Assembly (NCBI GenBank): GCA_977020255.1
Contig: CDROCS010003447.1
Location: forward strand, 62,001-126,000
DNA from: Obrimoposthia wandeli
Lineage: Eukaryota
DNA length: 64,000 nt
Direction: 5' to 3'
The notes under the pieces are model-generated. The model had not been told where the DNA came from, ran no database searches, and worked only from the letters and a program-made list of their open reading frames with translations. Positions within the stretch are counted from its first letter, which is position 1, and every line of letters begins with the position of its first letter. Shown here in pieces: positions 41,644 to 55,419 of this stretch. The translations under genes and the position numbers were made by a program.

Positions 41644-42014
41644 CGGAGAATGTGAAGAGCAGATCGATTGGGGAGTGTCGCGGATGTTGATGGAGTGCAC
41701 AGACCGGCGGTGGCAGCAACGATGCTGGTCTGCAGACGGGGCTTGAAGACGAGGGAGGCCACGGCATTGGAATAGAGGCTGGCCTCGGCCTCGCGACGCT
41801 GTACATGCAGGATGTTGACGGTGAGCACGTACGTGGCACTCATGATGCCCAGGGGGATGAAGAAGGTCACGACGGTCGCGATCAGGATGAAGTACGCGTT
41901 CTGGGGCCCGCAGCCCTTGAAGGAGGACGAATGCTCGTGCTGCTTGTCGAGCTCCATCGCCAGCAAGAACAACGGGCAAGCAATACTGAAGGGGATCGCC
42001 CACGCACAAAGAAT
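41644..42014 (-). CDS. HTR2-like: 5-HT2-like aminergic GPCR, middle exon (TM4, ECL2, TM5, start of ICL3)
   Basis: Acceptor TTTCCATGCAG| (phase 0) and donor CG|GTGCGT (phase 2, matching the last exon). Encodes ILCAWAIPFSIACPLF...KGCGPQNAYFILIATVVTFFIPLGIMSATYVLTVNIL. FFIPL.IM..TY.LT is typical of 5-HT2 receptors. Confidence 0.92.
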
Positions 42015-42449
42015 CTGCATGGAAAGGATAACCCTCAAATAGGTCATGCAGTCACAGTCTGAAATCGATGAATTATAAAGCAAATTATAGGTTACAAAAT
42101 CTAGAATGCATATTATATAACCTGGTATTCATAAATATGAAGATGCATTGACATTGATTGTTCTATCGATCGAACTGGAATATAATATGATCTGAGTTGA
42201 ATTTACCATGAGTACTGTGGGTACTTAAGTGAAGTCTGTCACCTTATAATGAAGATGCAACACGATTCCTACCCAAATAATGAAAAACATGCAGTTGTCT
42301 GTTGAGTAATAGCCATGCTAATCAAATGTAGCACCGATACTTGGTATTCCAGATTAATGCATTCGAAAAAGGAAGCAAATTGAATAATTGGTAGGGAGTA
42401 TTTTTCAAGAAATTCTGGGAAAAGGTAAGTCTGATAAGAAAGGCAAAGG

Positions 42450-42520
42450 ATCAGAGAATTGAACCACATGTCTCACTACTTCCAAGTTGCTTCTTCTACC
42501 ACTGAACGATCGTGGCTCGT
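42450..42520 (-). mobile_element. tRNA-derived SINE head or tRNA pseudogene
   Basis: The minus strand GCCACGATCGTTCAGTGGTAGAA...GTGGTTCAATTCTC has A-box and B-box-like motifs but no complete cloverleaf. A weaker similar segment is near 49535-49600. Confidence 0.35.
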
Positions 42521-43348
42521 AATCGTTACCAAAATGCCTGATCAGCAATTGCGATTTATTACGTCTGTACTTTAGAATTTATTCTGCCATTTGTGTTTTA
42601 GTCAATGTTTGGTCAATGCGGTTTGTAACTACGCAAATGTGATATATTTATCTGAGGTGTGTAGCAAGACGACTGTTGTAGTTGTTAATGGGGTTTATAA
42701 ATGTTATTATTATTCTTATTTGTAATACAAGGATGATGAAGAAGTTTAGTTTTTTCCTGCTATCAAATATTTATCCCAACAATAATAGTATTAACAAGGG
42801 AATAATTTCACCGGGCACCTCTGAAAATAAAATTTATCAATTTTAAATAAATGTAAATATTTATAAGATATCCTTTCTTTCATTTATATCTACCATATAA
42901 CTGTAAAACTGAAATTCTTTAAATAAAAACTTCAATTTTTTTCTGTTTTAATGCTGTTAAATAGCCAAAGTTCAAACACAAAATTATATTTAACCTATTT
43001 CCGTTCCTTTTTTAAAATAACTAAAATAAGCATATATTTGGAAATTTCACGAACTCAAAACCATACTTTTATCATTTTCTCTTTATAGATATAAATAGCA
43101 AATATTGAGCATAGAATCGTCGTCAACTTAACATTATTAACCTATAAGATCGAAGGAAACTGTTTGGAATTATTTGCTTGTGAATGTATTATTTAAACCT
43201 CTATGTGATTCATAATTTCCCTGCAAAGCTGTAAACAGAAGTGTGACGATATAATTCACTGCGGGTTTTCTTTATGATTTCATTCTCCTTACAACTGGAT
43301 GTGTGGGTATCTGCAATTGGGGTCGACCTGTGTGAGAGTCGTACTCAC

Positions 43349-43524
43349 CTGAACGACGAGGGAGCGACAGCGCTTCTGTCCGTGGAGCTTCAGTGGGTTG
43401 CGCAGTGCGGTGTAGCGGTCGATGGAGATGGTGCACAAGTGGATGATGGTGGATGCAGTGAAGAACACGTCCAGACTGTACCAGATGAGGCACCAGTGAT
43501 GGCTGATGGTGCTCAGGTACTCTC
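43349..43524 (-). CDS. HTR2-like: 5-HT2-like aminergic GPCR, TM3/ICL2 exon
   Basis: Acceptor CACACAG| (phase 1) and donor CAG|GTGAGT (phase 0). Encodes EYLSTISHHWCLIWYSLDVFFTASTIIHLCTISIDRYTALRNPL, with C3.25, amine-binding D3.32, the 5-HT2-type H3.42 and DRY. Confidence 0.93.
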
Positions 43525-46500
43525 CTGTGTGACAGAGTGATTGCATCAACGTCAGCTTTGCCAGTCGGTATTCAGAAATTTCCCAATTTCTCCCAACATG
43601 CTTGTGGGTTCATTCTAACAATCTGTGGATGAATTTTCATGGTTACTCTCATTATATATTCCAAATTTCGACCAATTTTCCCCAATAGTCTGAGAGATAT
43701 TAAGGCCTAAAGTTGGCTCCCGCGGAATTTGGCCATTTGAACAAACTTGCTGAAGTTCTCTCTTTGAATGTTGAGCGTGTTTTATTCAAAATCGGTATAA
43801 ATATGCGAATTCACATCCAATGAGAAATGCACTATGGAATCGATGCTGAAAGTCGTATCATCCTTAATCTATGGTTAATTTAGAGGGTTAAAGCAGTTCA
43901 AAGCTCCCCGAGCAAGTAGCGTGTCGTCTTATTGAAGTTAAAAAATGTTTCAGTGTTCTAATTACAAATGTAAACTCTGTTCGACATTCCCCTTAGTTAA
44001 CAATGTCACAGAATAACCTGAAGAAGAAAAACAGCTATGTTAACTGTTGAAGACATTTGAAAATAGCCCAACTTTGCGGGTGTTTTAATAACTGTCTTAG
44101 AAATATTTTCTAGAATGTCTTGTTAAACTTGTAACGCATTTTGTCATGAATTATTTATTTAATTTATGTTTTCCGATCCTTTTGATTTCTACAGGATATT
44201 GTAACTTATTTTCCTGAGTCTAGTCACAACTTACTTCAGTAACTTTGTTCCTTCCAGAGTTCTTGTGCCAAATATCGTCAGAGAAAAATTATCCTAATTA
44301 ATTTTACATGCTTCGATTTCCATCCCAAATTGAAGATAATGAATGAGTAATTTTAATTCAATTTCATCCCATTTAACCAATGAAACTCACTGATACTAGA
44401 GCTCAATATGAAACCAAATATCGGTGAAACAACTTTTAATTCTCTCCACGATTTTGTTTTCACCAATTACGCTTTTTATTTTAATAAACTTGATACAATA
44501 AAAATCGTGTAACAGTTCTCAATTTCAAACACGAGTAAACATCACAAATGTTTGCAATTTTTCCCCAGCAAATTGCAGTTTGCTGATAAAGCCAAAATAG
44601 CAAATGACTTTATCTCGGTTTAAAGGAATATTTATCAGCAAAGTTTGTCGGAATAAATTGCACACTAAATTATTTCCATCTTCAGATTAGAATCTCCGGT
44701 TCTGATTCTTTGTAAATATTGCAGTCTCTGAAATATGAGTTTTGAATTGAAAATTAATAATATTTTTTGTTGGTTTTTGAACTATTTATAGAGCGTTTAA
44801 AATAATTGAATTAAAAATATATTATGTATATCATAAATATGTTTAACAAATAATATGTCGTTAAATCGTCCCCTTAAACTGCTCTAAATTGCACATTTAA
44901 CTTTCAATTTAGGATCATTAATTTTTTCGGAAAATTATCTATTATAAATAATTTATTGTTTCTTAAAGTTAGTTCAATCTTAAATCTGAAAATAATAAAA
45001 TAAATATATAAAATATGATATGAGAAAAGATTAGATATTTATAAGTTTGACGTGATAAATTTTCTTTTTCTTGTAGGGTTTTTTGAATCGGTAGCAGTTA
45101 GTATTAAATGAAAAGGAACCTATATACGAAAAGGGTATTTAATGGGTTTAACAATATAATTTTATTGTAAAACGTTTTTTTAATAAATTGTTTGTTCATT
45201 TTCTTTTATTTTGTATATATGCGATTAAGTTGACATATTTTTAATAGAGCTATTTTTGCATAAATTATAAAAGATAATTTTATTAATTCGATGTTTTTGT
45301 ATCACGATAAAGTTTCTTTTAAATTTTTACAAAACATTCAAGTACATCAGCATGGTGTACATATTCGTATGTCATGTCTAAATATACCATACTGCACATA
45401 AAAGAGTTAACAAAGGTAATTATATTGAGCTAGCAATTTATCTTATTTGAAAGATATTTTCAATGGCCATTCTTTTTTTCTGGCGTGGAAACGGAAATTT
45501 GCTTCATTGATATTTTGCAGTTTCCTGCGTTTAATTTCTTCAATTGATTCTGGGGACTAGGGAGTTTGCTAGTTGAATGTGCTGGACAATAAGCTGCAGT
45601 AGAAGAGAGGATACAAAATTAGAAGATAAATTAAATAAACTCGTAAGTTAATTTATATGGGATTGAAAAAAGAGCTGAGAGCTGCTGCTCAATTTATGTG
45701 ACAGGATACAGAATATCCCCATTTTTTCATCGAACATAATTTTAATACGCATAAATCGAATTAGAGCGGATATTTGCCTCACTGATTGATTGTGAGGGGA
45801 TCAGCGCTGACCCTTGTGTACTTGAGACCCGACCGCCAAATACAGATTGTAGGGGGGCCACTGCTATTTTTGACATTTCCAGACTCGCTCTCGCATCTGA
45901 CAAACGTTGCTTCCAGCTCAGTCTAAGCTTAGACAATGACCATGTTCTCAATGTTACAAAATTTCGATTTCTCCAGATCGTTACATTGACTGAATGATAT
46001 TATTCGCACCGCATTGACCATATTTTGCAATATTTGTTTCACCCTTTCATGTTTGGTAAGCTTTATTTAGCGCATTGTAGAAGTATCATGATACATATAT
46101 ACATTCCCACAATTCTATAAGGTGACTCGTATCTCTATTACTAAATGAGAGTTGTATACATAGATTTTGAAATTTTAAAAAATATCTTGAACTATATTTT
46201 AGACAAAAAATTTTTTTAATTAAAATCACTTTTCATAAACGCATAATTAAATAATTTGTATGTAAAAATGAATGCTTAATTTGAAGATTGTAACTTTAGT
46301 ACACGCTGCTGTGTTGTAACACAGATGTAAATGTTAAAGAAATGCGCAACCACGAAAAACAAATGAAAAAATAAAAGAAACAAAATTTCATCAAGAAGAC
46401 AGCACACGGAGATTTCACAATCGTCAAGTCGGAACCTCTCCCAGCGACAAATCGTAAATTACCTTCCTAATGGTACACTGTTGGCTGACAAATTGTTTTA

Positions 46501-47920
46501 GCAGCAGTTCTATCGTTCCACTCTAATTGTCAAAAATCGACTCGTTCCAAAATGACCTAAATATATATCAGAGCTAATGAGCAAAGAGCTGAGATGTATA
46601 TTAGAAAAGGAGACAGTATAATTACATTATAAAATCGAAACCACTTCGTATTCTGTTGCTGAAGCTGCTAGAGATTCAGATATGACATTTTGAAGCATAT
46701 AATTAGTTAGGTGAAGTTTTATCAGGGCAAAATATCGATAGATAAATTGTTATAGATTGAGACTGGTGAGCACATTTGAATCCCTCCCAAATGGGGTAGA
46801 AGGGGTGATATTTTTGTTTGCAAGCAACATTTTTACTTTTAATAGCTCGAGCCTGTGTGCTATCAACGCCGTTTCAAAGTTAAGCTATTCTTATGCGCTA
46901 TTTTTTAACCAACTGTTTGATTTTTTATTTTGTGATTATTTTAGCAGAACTTCACCCTCCACCGTTTCTTTCCACAGTTATTTTTTCTTTGAATATTTAC
47001 TGTTTTTATTCGAGATTCCATAAATTATATGACAAGCTAATCGGTCTTTTTGTCAGTGTCCCTATTTTCACAATCCTGGCGCACAAACACACAAACTAAA
47101 TCGATACTTGTGTACTTGAAAATATATATTTTGCAATATGTGTGACAATAGAAAAATAATTATAGAATATTACACGATAACTTTTACCATTAGGTTTAAT
47201 TCAATTTTCGAAAGACGACCAAATTTTCAATTTCTTGTTGCGATAAATTAGTTTAGAACGTTTTGAGCTTCTTCTTTTTTAATACTTCATTTCTCGACTT
47301 TGGGATATCAGAGCCGCAATTCTGCTCGAAAATGTGACCATTGGTTATCGGTTACATCTGTCTGCCTTGCTGTGCTCTGTAACCTGAGAGTATGAAACGC
47401 CTCAGTACACCCTGAACATTGTCTCACAGACCCCTCGACATTGCACTTCAAGGCATTACACTCCTCAGACTTACTAATTGACTGAGCAGCCTCATACTTA
47501 TTCATCCAGTCTTTGTAACCTTTTAAAGAATTAAATGCTTGAAGAAAACAGTTTCCTTTGAAAAGGTTGATCTAAAAATAACTTTTATTACATAATTTAT
47601 ACTTGACATAACATAAGAATTGATGATAATGTACTTTTGAGAAATATTTCATAAACAACGAATATTTATTAGAATATAATACAACTTCTGAAGATTACAA
47701 ATAATTACCTGATACATATTTTATGTATTTTAAATCCTCAAACGTTTGTTCACTTTTTCAGAAATTTGAAGTTCTGAATTTCTTTACAGATTTCATGAGA
47801 AGCCTTTTAAGTCGTCGTAACTATTGAAATTTCTGAAATAGACTTAGTTTATAAGGAAATAAAATAACTTCTGATGGCACTAATTAAAATCTGAATTATG
47901 TGAGGGCTAATTTCACTTAT

Positions 47921-48300
47921 TTACACCCACACATATCGAAGAAATATTTGCATCTTTGACACAAGAGGTCTAGCATTATCATTCATCAGGGTCTTTGTTG
48001 GTCGACCAATATCTAATGAAGACTTTTCAAAAGACTTGATTGTTTCTCCATTTGCAATATGTATAGTCATTGCTGCTTTGCAATGGAACATTTTGTCAGA
48101 ATGCATTCGCATCGCCGTTTGTTTTGCAGATTCATCCGGTTTATCTAAGATTCGTTGCTTTTTCTCGTGCTTATTTTTATCGACTATAACCAACTTTTTT
48201 TCATTCATTCCCGATCTTTTGACAACCGAAGTTCACGGACATAAATACCAATTTTCGTTTGTCCTTTCTGATCTCTTATCTTTTTCTGCTACGCTTTTAC
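47921..48300 (-). mobile_element. Possible Helitron 5' coding remnant
   Basis: A charged R/E/K-rich stretch followed by SSLDIGRPTK loosely resembles the region before the Helitron N-terminal zinc finger. Weak. Confidence 0.2.
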
Positions 48301-48879
48301 CTGTGCACGAGATGGTGGAAAATCATTGCAGTGCCGAGGCCGACCAACAGAGACTAGCGCCATAAATTGCGCACAGCACTGCACTTCCGTCATTTTGGAT
48401 CTGGCGAATTAAATCGTTGGAGTTGTTTAGAGAATTTTGATGAATAAAACAAACAAGTTCTATACTCGCATGACCCAAGCGATTGGGGTGGGCAAAACGA
48501 AGTTGGTATGAGTGAAAGTAAACATCAAATCGATTGAAGGCACTGTCAAATGAGTACAGGAGAACAATACATAGATCAGTGCCATGTGTTCAAAAGATTG
48601 TCCTTAGAAAACGATGGGAAAGGTTGTGTAATAAATGTTGATGGAAAGGCTATCGACTAAAATGTTGTAGGCGTGGACGATTATGTCATAGATATGGATG
48701 AAGTCAAGGGCATTTTTTGTTTCACACGATGAATGCAAACCAAATATCAAGTCAGTATTTTTGAATTTTGAATTTAAACTGTTTTTCTTTGTATATTATA
48801 TATTGCCTCGATTTTGCCTGTACACATTTGTAATTCCTTATAGCATAACTGTTACTACCCCATATTGTCTTTCGGATCT

Positions 48880-49090
48880 TCTCCGAATAATCTCTGTGGG
48901 TTTCCTAAGCCAACTTCCGCGGCAGAAAGATCCAATGGCGCATCAGAACGACTCAAAATTGACATACAGCCAGCAATGGGTGATGCGAGAATGGTAGAAT
49001 TACCTCTTATTCACATACATCGATCAATTGCCTTGGATATAGAGAAATTGGGACTATTTTGGTCAAGGTCAGCCCGGAAAAATGAGAATG
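48880..49090 (+). mobile_element. hAT transposase dimerisation-domain remnant
   Basis: PTSAAERSNGASERLKIDIQPAMGDARMVELPLIHIHRSIALDIEKL matches the hAT tail ERSFS.L.RLK..LRSTMG..RL..LAL.HIHR.I.LD. Confidence 0.6.
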
Positions 49091-51434
49091 GTTCATCTTA
49101 TATCTGGCAATTCTTAATGATTTTTTTCATGTTTCCTATTCTTTTTGTTGGTTTTTAAAAGTGACTTAACCTAATAACTCGTACAATACATGGATGCTGG
49201 GCAAAGTAAATTTGTCTGATAGATATTATGAATATTTTTTCAATACATCATGAATACTGATAACCGTAATCCATGATTTTTTCCCAAGACCAAATCGGAC
49301 CCTCCCACCCAAAGGACACCTCTAGATACACCACTGAAAATGATAATATATATTATAAAATTGTAATTATCTTAATTTAAAGATGCCCATTTATTTTTAT
49401 TTTTTAAAAATTATTTAATTTTTTTAATCATTTTTAATGTATCAAGAAAGTTATTTATTAGTGAAAATAAATAATTTCTTAACTAAAACATGATTAAAGA
49501 TATTTTGATTTGAAAATACGTAAAAAAATACAAATGAGAGGATTTAGAACCGAAGAGTCTAACATCATCATCTCCTCTCTACCATATGATGAGTTGGTTT
49601 AAGTAGCGAGGGAGAAGGATACTTCTGTGGATTCACGTTTAAATGAGGTTTGTAAAAGTTCTACTTTCGAAGTCTCATTGCCTGACTTCTTACCAGAGAT
49701 TCATCAAATTACCCTCTATACTTTATTACCAATTTGTTTCGTTGGTTTTGTTGCTCGCATTTTCTATTTTTGGGAAATTTTATTTTTCATAATGAATTGA
49801 GATGTTAAAAAAGGTCACAAATTTTCCGGTAAGCAAAGTAAAATTGTGATATTAAGTTAGTAAATGTTTAAGGAAATATGCAGATCATCCTAATCCAAGG
49901 AAATAAAAAAACAAAAATTAATTATTTTACGGGGATTGAGTGTAGACAACCCCACAGTGAAGCCCATTTCAATTACCAACGAACCGATTGCGGAATTCTC
50001 TGAGGACTGGAGAGAAAAACATAAATATCTGTTAAAACTATTGTTGAAATGGAAAATAATGAAGAAGGCTGCCTATTGTGGGGATCTGAAGGGAGATTGA
50101 AGCAAGACAATTTCGTGTTCAATTTCCATTATTATCCTCGCTACAGAATTGCATATAGTTTCCCCTTTAAATAGACCAACAAATTCTATGCTTTTCCCAC
50201 AGGCAATCGATGAAAACCCAAGAATTAAAGTGACTCTAAACAGAACAGAATTTCAAAAAGCAAACTGAGGAAGAAATGGTATTGGAATTGAGTTGGGAAG
50301 ATAAAAGTCTTGCAATTACAGAATTGTTTGGAAATAAGGCTATCGATCAGCTGCTCGTGGCTCAGGGTACAACACACATCCCCACTTCTTCCTCGTCACA
50401 CAAGAACCAGGGGGTCCCTCTACCTTAATACGGTGTACTTTAGCACCTGAGAATTTTTCCCACGCAATTCTTCAGCGCAACAAACTGAATCTCTCAGCTC
50501 TGTAGTGCAACCAAATACTTGAACTCTCCACCCATATTCGGTGGTAAGTAGTTATCTGTATTATATTTGCTAATTTAGTTTTATTGTGTTTTAAAATAAT
50601 ATTATGACAATCAATTTGCAACATAAAATGTTACATAAATAATAGTCCAAAGTTTTTATATCAATTACATATTATATTTTAATTTATATTTCACAATGTA
50701 TTCTAAAACTAAATATTTAACTACTTAATTAAATTTTGTTTTAATCTGTTAATTATTTCTAATTAGTTGACATTTGAAATTTGAATATTAAGCGATATCA
50801 GCTAAAAAGTGTAACTATTAGTAAATATCTGTAATCTTAATAGATATTGAAAGCTATATTGAATCTTATTTGTTAAATGCTTGATTTATTGTGTAATAGT
50901 CATAAATTGCTTGTTTAAACCTTAAAAGTGCAATACTCTTCAATACTGTCGAAATGTAATTTGTTATTCCTGTAAACAACTCTGCCTGGCGGTTAATTAC
51001 CGCTCATTTACCTATAATTGAGTTGTTTCCTCTAGTTAATACATGTCCCCTTTATATCAGTTTTCTATTAATTTTCCTACCTGCAGACTAATAAATCCCT
51101 TCTATAAATAATAATAATTATTATAAATTTATGTAAATTTTGATTTTGAATGTTAAATAATTTAATTAACAAAAATAATTGAAATACGAATGTTTTCTTT
51201 TCTCATATCAAGATGTAATATTTGTTGAGTTATCAAGGGAACATTCCCAACTGGACATCTCTGAATAACAAAATAATCAATGTTAGAAATGGAAATATTC
51301 TTACAATATCATTTTTGTCATTCATAACTACTAAACACCGTAAAAATAAAATATTAACTTAATTTTGTTAAAATGTTCTTAAAAATACAAAATTTTAAAT
51401 GAAACTGAATTTATAATGTTTCCTATCAATAACA

Positions 51435-51863
51435 TTGAAAATTTATAAAGAAAATATCATTCAAGACGTAAGGAAGAACCAACAAATCGCAGCTGAAAAG
51501 TTAGAGAAGTTAGACAATGAAAGAAGAGAGGAAAGGATATTTGAAGTAAATGAAAAGGTGCTTGTTACAAAGGACCCAATTAAAAGAAGCAAGAATAGTG
51601 ACCAGTATGAAGGCCCATATAGAATAGTAGAATTCTTGAGTCCACGACAGGTGTCAATTCAGTTTCCAAGAGGAATACTTCTCAGGAGAATCGAATGGCT
51701 GAAGAAGTGCAAATTTGATTTGTGAAGGGGAAAGTTATGTAATCAGAAACCGGAAATATCCTCCCGAGAAGATTTGTCACATTTCCTTTACATGTATGAA
51801 TATATGGTGTTTGTAGAATCTGACTCCTTTGAATTATGTCTACGATAGAAAACATAACTGATA
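51435..51863 (+). mobile_element. 3' end of a second Ty3/Gypsy element: integrase C-terminal GPY/F region, polypurine tract and start of the 3' LTR
   Basis: FEVNEKVLV...DQYEGPYRIVE is the Gypsy integrase GPY/F module. The stop at 51725 overlaps PPT GAAGGGGAAAG (51724-51734), and TGTAATCAG starts at 51738. Confidence 0.85.
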
Positions 51864-51867
51864 ATAT

Positions 51868-53794
51868 TGTTGGGGTTTCTATATGAAACTTATAGATCCT
51901 TTTGAATGCGGAGGGCCCCAACGTGAGTTCTTATAGAAGCAGGACTTAAGGATGGTTGTGGCCTACTTAATGTTATGCTTGCCTGTCTCAATTCTTATCT
52001 GAAGGTTTTTATTGTGTCTTAATCTGAAGGGTTTAAAACAATGCTTGCTAATGTAGGAAATCGTTTATTTTCAATACACTAGACTAAAACAATACAATAC
52101 GTTTACGTACGTATTTTCTAAAAAGCTGTAATAAAATTCCTAAGACTTCTGTAAGTCTCTACACAAGTGGGGATGAACCACGTATCGATTTTACGTTAAG
52201 GTCGGTTAGTTTATTTGAGTCTTTACTCTAACTTGTGGATAAACTCCGGGCACAGATTTTGAAGAGCTGGTTGCTCTAAAATAGGGAACGAATTTAGAAA
52301 GCTTATCTCTCTAATATGGGTGATTGGTTAGTCGCTAGAGTCCTTGCTCTAACACTTAGTAGTTTAATATTCAAAATCAATTTATCAAATTCGGTTTGCA
52401 AAGGCAACACTTAGTAGTTTAATATTCAAAATCAATTTATCAAATTCGGTTTGCAAAGGCAACACTTAGTAGTTTAATATTCAAAATCAATTTATCAAAT
52501 TCGGTTTGCAAAGGCAACACTTAGTAGTTTAATATTCAAAATCAATTTATCAAATTCGTTTTGCAATGGCAACACTTCGTAGTTTAATATTCAAAATCAA
52601 TTTATCAAATTCGTTTTGCAAAGGCAACACTTCGTAGTTTAATATTCCAAACTAATTTAACCAAATTCGTGGGTATTTATACCTTTAATTTACTGTGGTT
52701 ATTAATCCTCCTCGTCTCCCGGCTTAAGTCTCTCGAATTGGCGAGACGGAAATGGCGATATGAAAAACTGCTGGACGGCAACCGTGGAATTGAGCAGCGG
52801 AACTGACTGTGAGACGGAACAGTGGAATTGACTGCGAGACTGGAACTGCAACTTTGAACTGAGCTGTCTGATATCGGCAGTGAGATCTGGTTGTATTGAA
52901 TTGTTGCTGCGAGACCTGCGCGTATTGACTTAACTTTGGTGGCGATATTCTTGCTCCTCTTACCTTTGGTTCTTTTCGTCTATTGTCTTCTCCTGGGCAA
53001 TATTGATTCTTCTCTTTTTTAGCAAAATTGTGGCCACCGCGATATTGGTGAACTGCTATTTATATTCCACGATTGATTTTCAGGTTGGCGCTGGCTCGAT
53101 GCTAGTTGGCGCGATGATGACGAATCGATTTGATGCGGCGCTGTGGATAGCTCGATGACTGCTGCTGCTGTGTTGCTGCTTGGGTCGATGACGATGCGAA
53201 TCGACGATACTGTGGGAACTGTCAAATGCATGTCAGTTCGCCCACTAATTGAAGCGCACTTACCTTGATGCTGGAATTGATGACTCCGCTGCAACTGTTC
53301 TGGCTCCCACTGAGATTTACCGTTGTTGCTGTATTGCTGCTGTATTGCCGCTGCGACACTGTGGGAACTTGTTGCGGCGCTGTTGTATTCTGTCCAAATA
53401 TGACAGTTATCTTACTAATTGCTTTTTTCTTACCTTGATGCCGTTTGATCAATCCGGCTGGCTCCCACGATACAATTACAAGATTTTCTTCTTCGTCCAA
53501 TTTCTTGTAAATTAATTAATTGATTCGTTAATTTCTTCTTTGCCTTTTCTTCTCGTTTTCTAATTTCTTGATTAATTCTTTTTCTTTGAGGGCCCTTAAT
53601 AATAACTCAAACTCCCATACATACAGCGCACTACACACGACCTTCGTGGTCCTTAATATTTAATTTTACTCGTAATTTTCCAATTTAATACTAATATTTA
53701 ATTTTTTATTTTAATTATAACCTTGCTTTCAAGGATTTTCTTTTTATATAAATTAGGTAAATTATCTAAACTTTATCAAATCCTAATCCCAACA
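51868..53794 (-). mobile_element. Solo LTR, Gypsy-type family copy A (1927 bp)
   Basis: The minus strand starts TGTTGGGATTAGG and ends GAAACCCCAACA, with a perfect TSD ATAT (51864-51867, 53795-53798). It has AATAAA..TTTCCTACA near 52052-52069 and GGACCACGAAGGTCGTG near 53640. Confidence 0.93.
52351..52670. repeat. 55-bp tandem repeat (~5.8 copies) inside LTR A
   Basis: Unit AACACTTAGTAGTTTAATATTCAAAATCAATTTATCAAATTCGGTTTGCAAAGGC starts at 52351, 52406, 52461, 52516, 52571 and 52626. Confidence 0.95.
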
Positions 53795-53879
53795 ATATAA
53801 ATGCTTTTTAATTATTTTAGATTCAAATTTATTTTTATAATGTTTATTTATTTTCAAAACATTATAAGTTATATCCGTA

Positions 53880-54010
53880 TATTATATCAACCAACATCTG
53901 CATCGGTGGAACGGAGTTTTTCAATGTTGAGAAAATTGTCATCAAATGACCGCAATTTTTTGCCGTCAAATGTGGAAAAATACCTAATTTTTTTACATAA
54001 TAATAAATAC
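53880..54010 (+). mobile_element. hAT transposase dimerisation-domain remnant
   Basis: QPTSASVERSFSMLRKLSSNDRNFLPSNVEKYL is the canonical P.TSASVERSFS hAT motif. Confidence 0.7.
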
Positions 54011-54819
54011 AAAATGTTTTGTTGTTGTTCTGAAAGCGATTAATTTGAAAAATCTTTGAATTTTGTGAGCATAGTACTTGAATAAATGATTAAAAATAAA
54101 ATAATAAATACAACTTTAAATCGCCCTAATTTATAACTATTCAAATAATTGGATTATATTTAACCTACTTAAAATCACAGAATAGTTCCAGTTTTCTCAA
54201 AGCGCAATATTCATGCGATTTACCGCTTCGACTCAGTTGAGACATAGCTGAAAATGAAGCCGAGGGAGAAAGTTAGCCGGTTGTGCATTCACCAAGAAAT
54301 ATCGAAACGCACAATTTATATAGCAATCGAATATAGGTTTGAATTATCCTCCGGAAAGGGCATCGGATTTGCAAAAATCCACATTCATAAAATTGTAAAA
54401 AGAGGATATAAAGAGGGAAAATTATAAAATAAGGCAGTCATTTGACATCACATAAAGATTGTTGGTAGGAAAGAAGACCCTAAGCGACATCAATTTCATT
54501 AACAATTATTTTTCAATTTAAGAACTATTTCAGAAAAAAAAAATTGCAAGCGTTGGTACATAAACGCATTTACTTTATTATGTAAAGTTTGAAAACAATT
54601 GCTATTAATAAGGATATCAAGAAAGTAAACGCACATTGTTTCTCGTGGGGTTATACCACAATTGATTTATTCCACATATCTATTGTTCATATTTGAAAAA
54701 GTGAATTTTATTTGCTGAAATTTGAACAAAATTAAATCTTGCATTTGTTCCTAAATAACTGTCTACGCTTTTGAAAGTCGAATTCCCTTTCTATAAATTT
54801 TCTGAAAATGCGATTCCTA

Positions 54820-55419
54820 TTTGTATAAATGGTCAGAAATTGATACTCCAAGTTCAATTAATTTAAGAAGAAAAGACGATAATGGAAGACTGGCAACGCA
54901 AAGATCTAAATCGAAGAAAGAAGACTGGATGTGTACATACAAGCTTTACAATAGTTTACTTCAGGCGCTAGGAAAGTATCACACTATTGAAGAATTCCGA
55001 AGGCACATCAAGATGTTCCTGTTTAGAAGATGCTGCAGTTAACTACTCAAAGTTGCTGATTTGTAGAGCGTCTTTGAATAATAATTCCCACATTTATCGA
55101 TAAATTGGCGCTGTATTAAAGATGTTCTTATTCAGAAGATGCTGCAGTTGACTACTCAAAGTTGCTGATTTGTGGAGCGTCTTTGAATAATTATTCCCAC
55201 ATTTATCGATAAATTGGCGCTGTATTAAAGATGTTCCTGTTCAGAAGATGCTACAGTTGACTACTCAAAGTTGCTGATTTGTGGAGCGTCTTTGAATAAT
55301 TATTCCCACAATTATCGATAAATTGGCGCTGTATTAAAGATGTTCCTGTTCAGAAGATGCTACAGTTGACTATTCAAAGTTGCTGATTTGTGGAGCGTCT
55401 TTGAATAATAATTCCCATA
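54820..55419 (+). mobile_element. L2/CR1-type LINE 3' end whose tail is amplified as a 109-bp tandem repeat (~3.8 copies)
   Basis: YKLYNSLLQALGKYHTIEEFRRHIKMFL is the LINE ORF2 terminus. GAAGATGCT recurs at 55026, 55135, 55244 and 55353. Confidence 0.8.

Noticed and set aside
41465-42062. Several overlapping ORFs around the middle GPCR exon
   Set aside because: Alternative-frame or antisense shadows. Only the frame with TM4-TM5 and matching splice phases is supported.
53019-53500. Spliced ~130-aa ORF in LTR A, formed by removing the two short introns
   Set aside because: The frame does stay open after splicing, but it has no AUG, is low-complexity, and is not conserved in LTRs B or C. More likely a non-coding leader.
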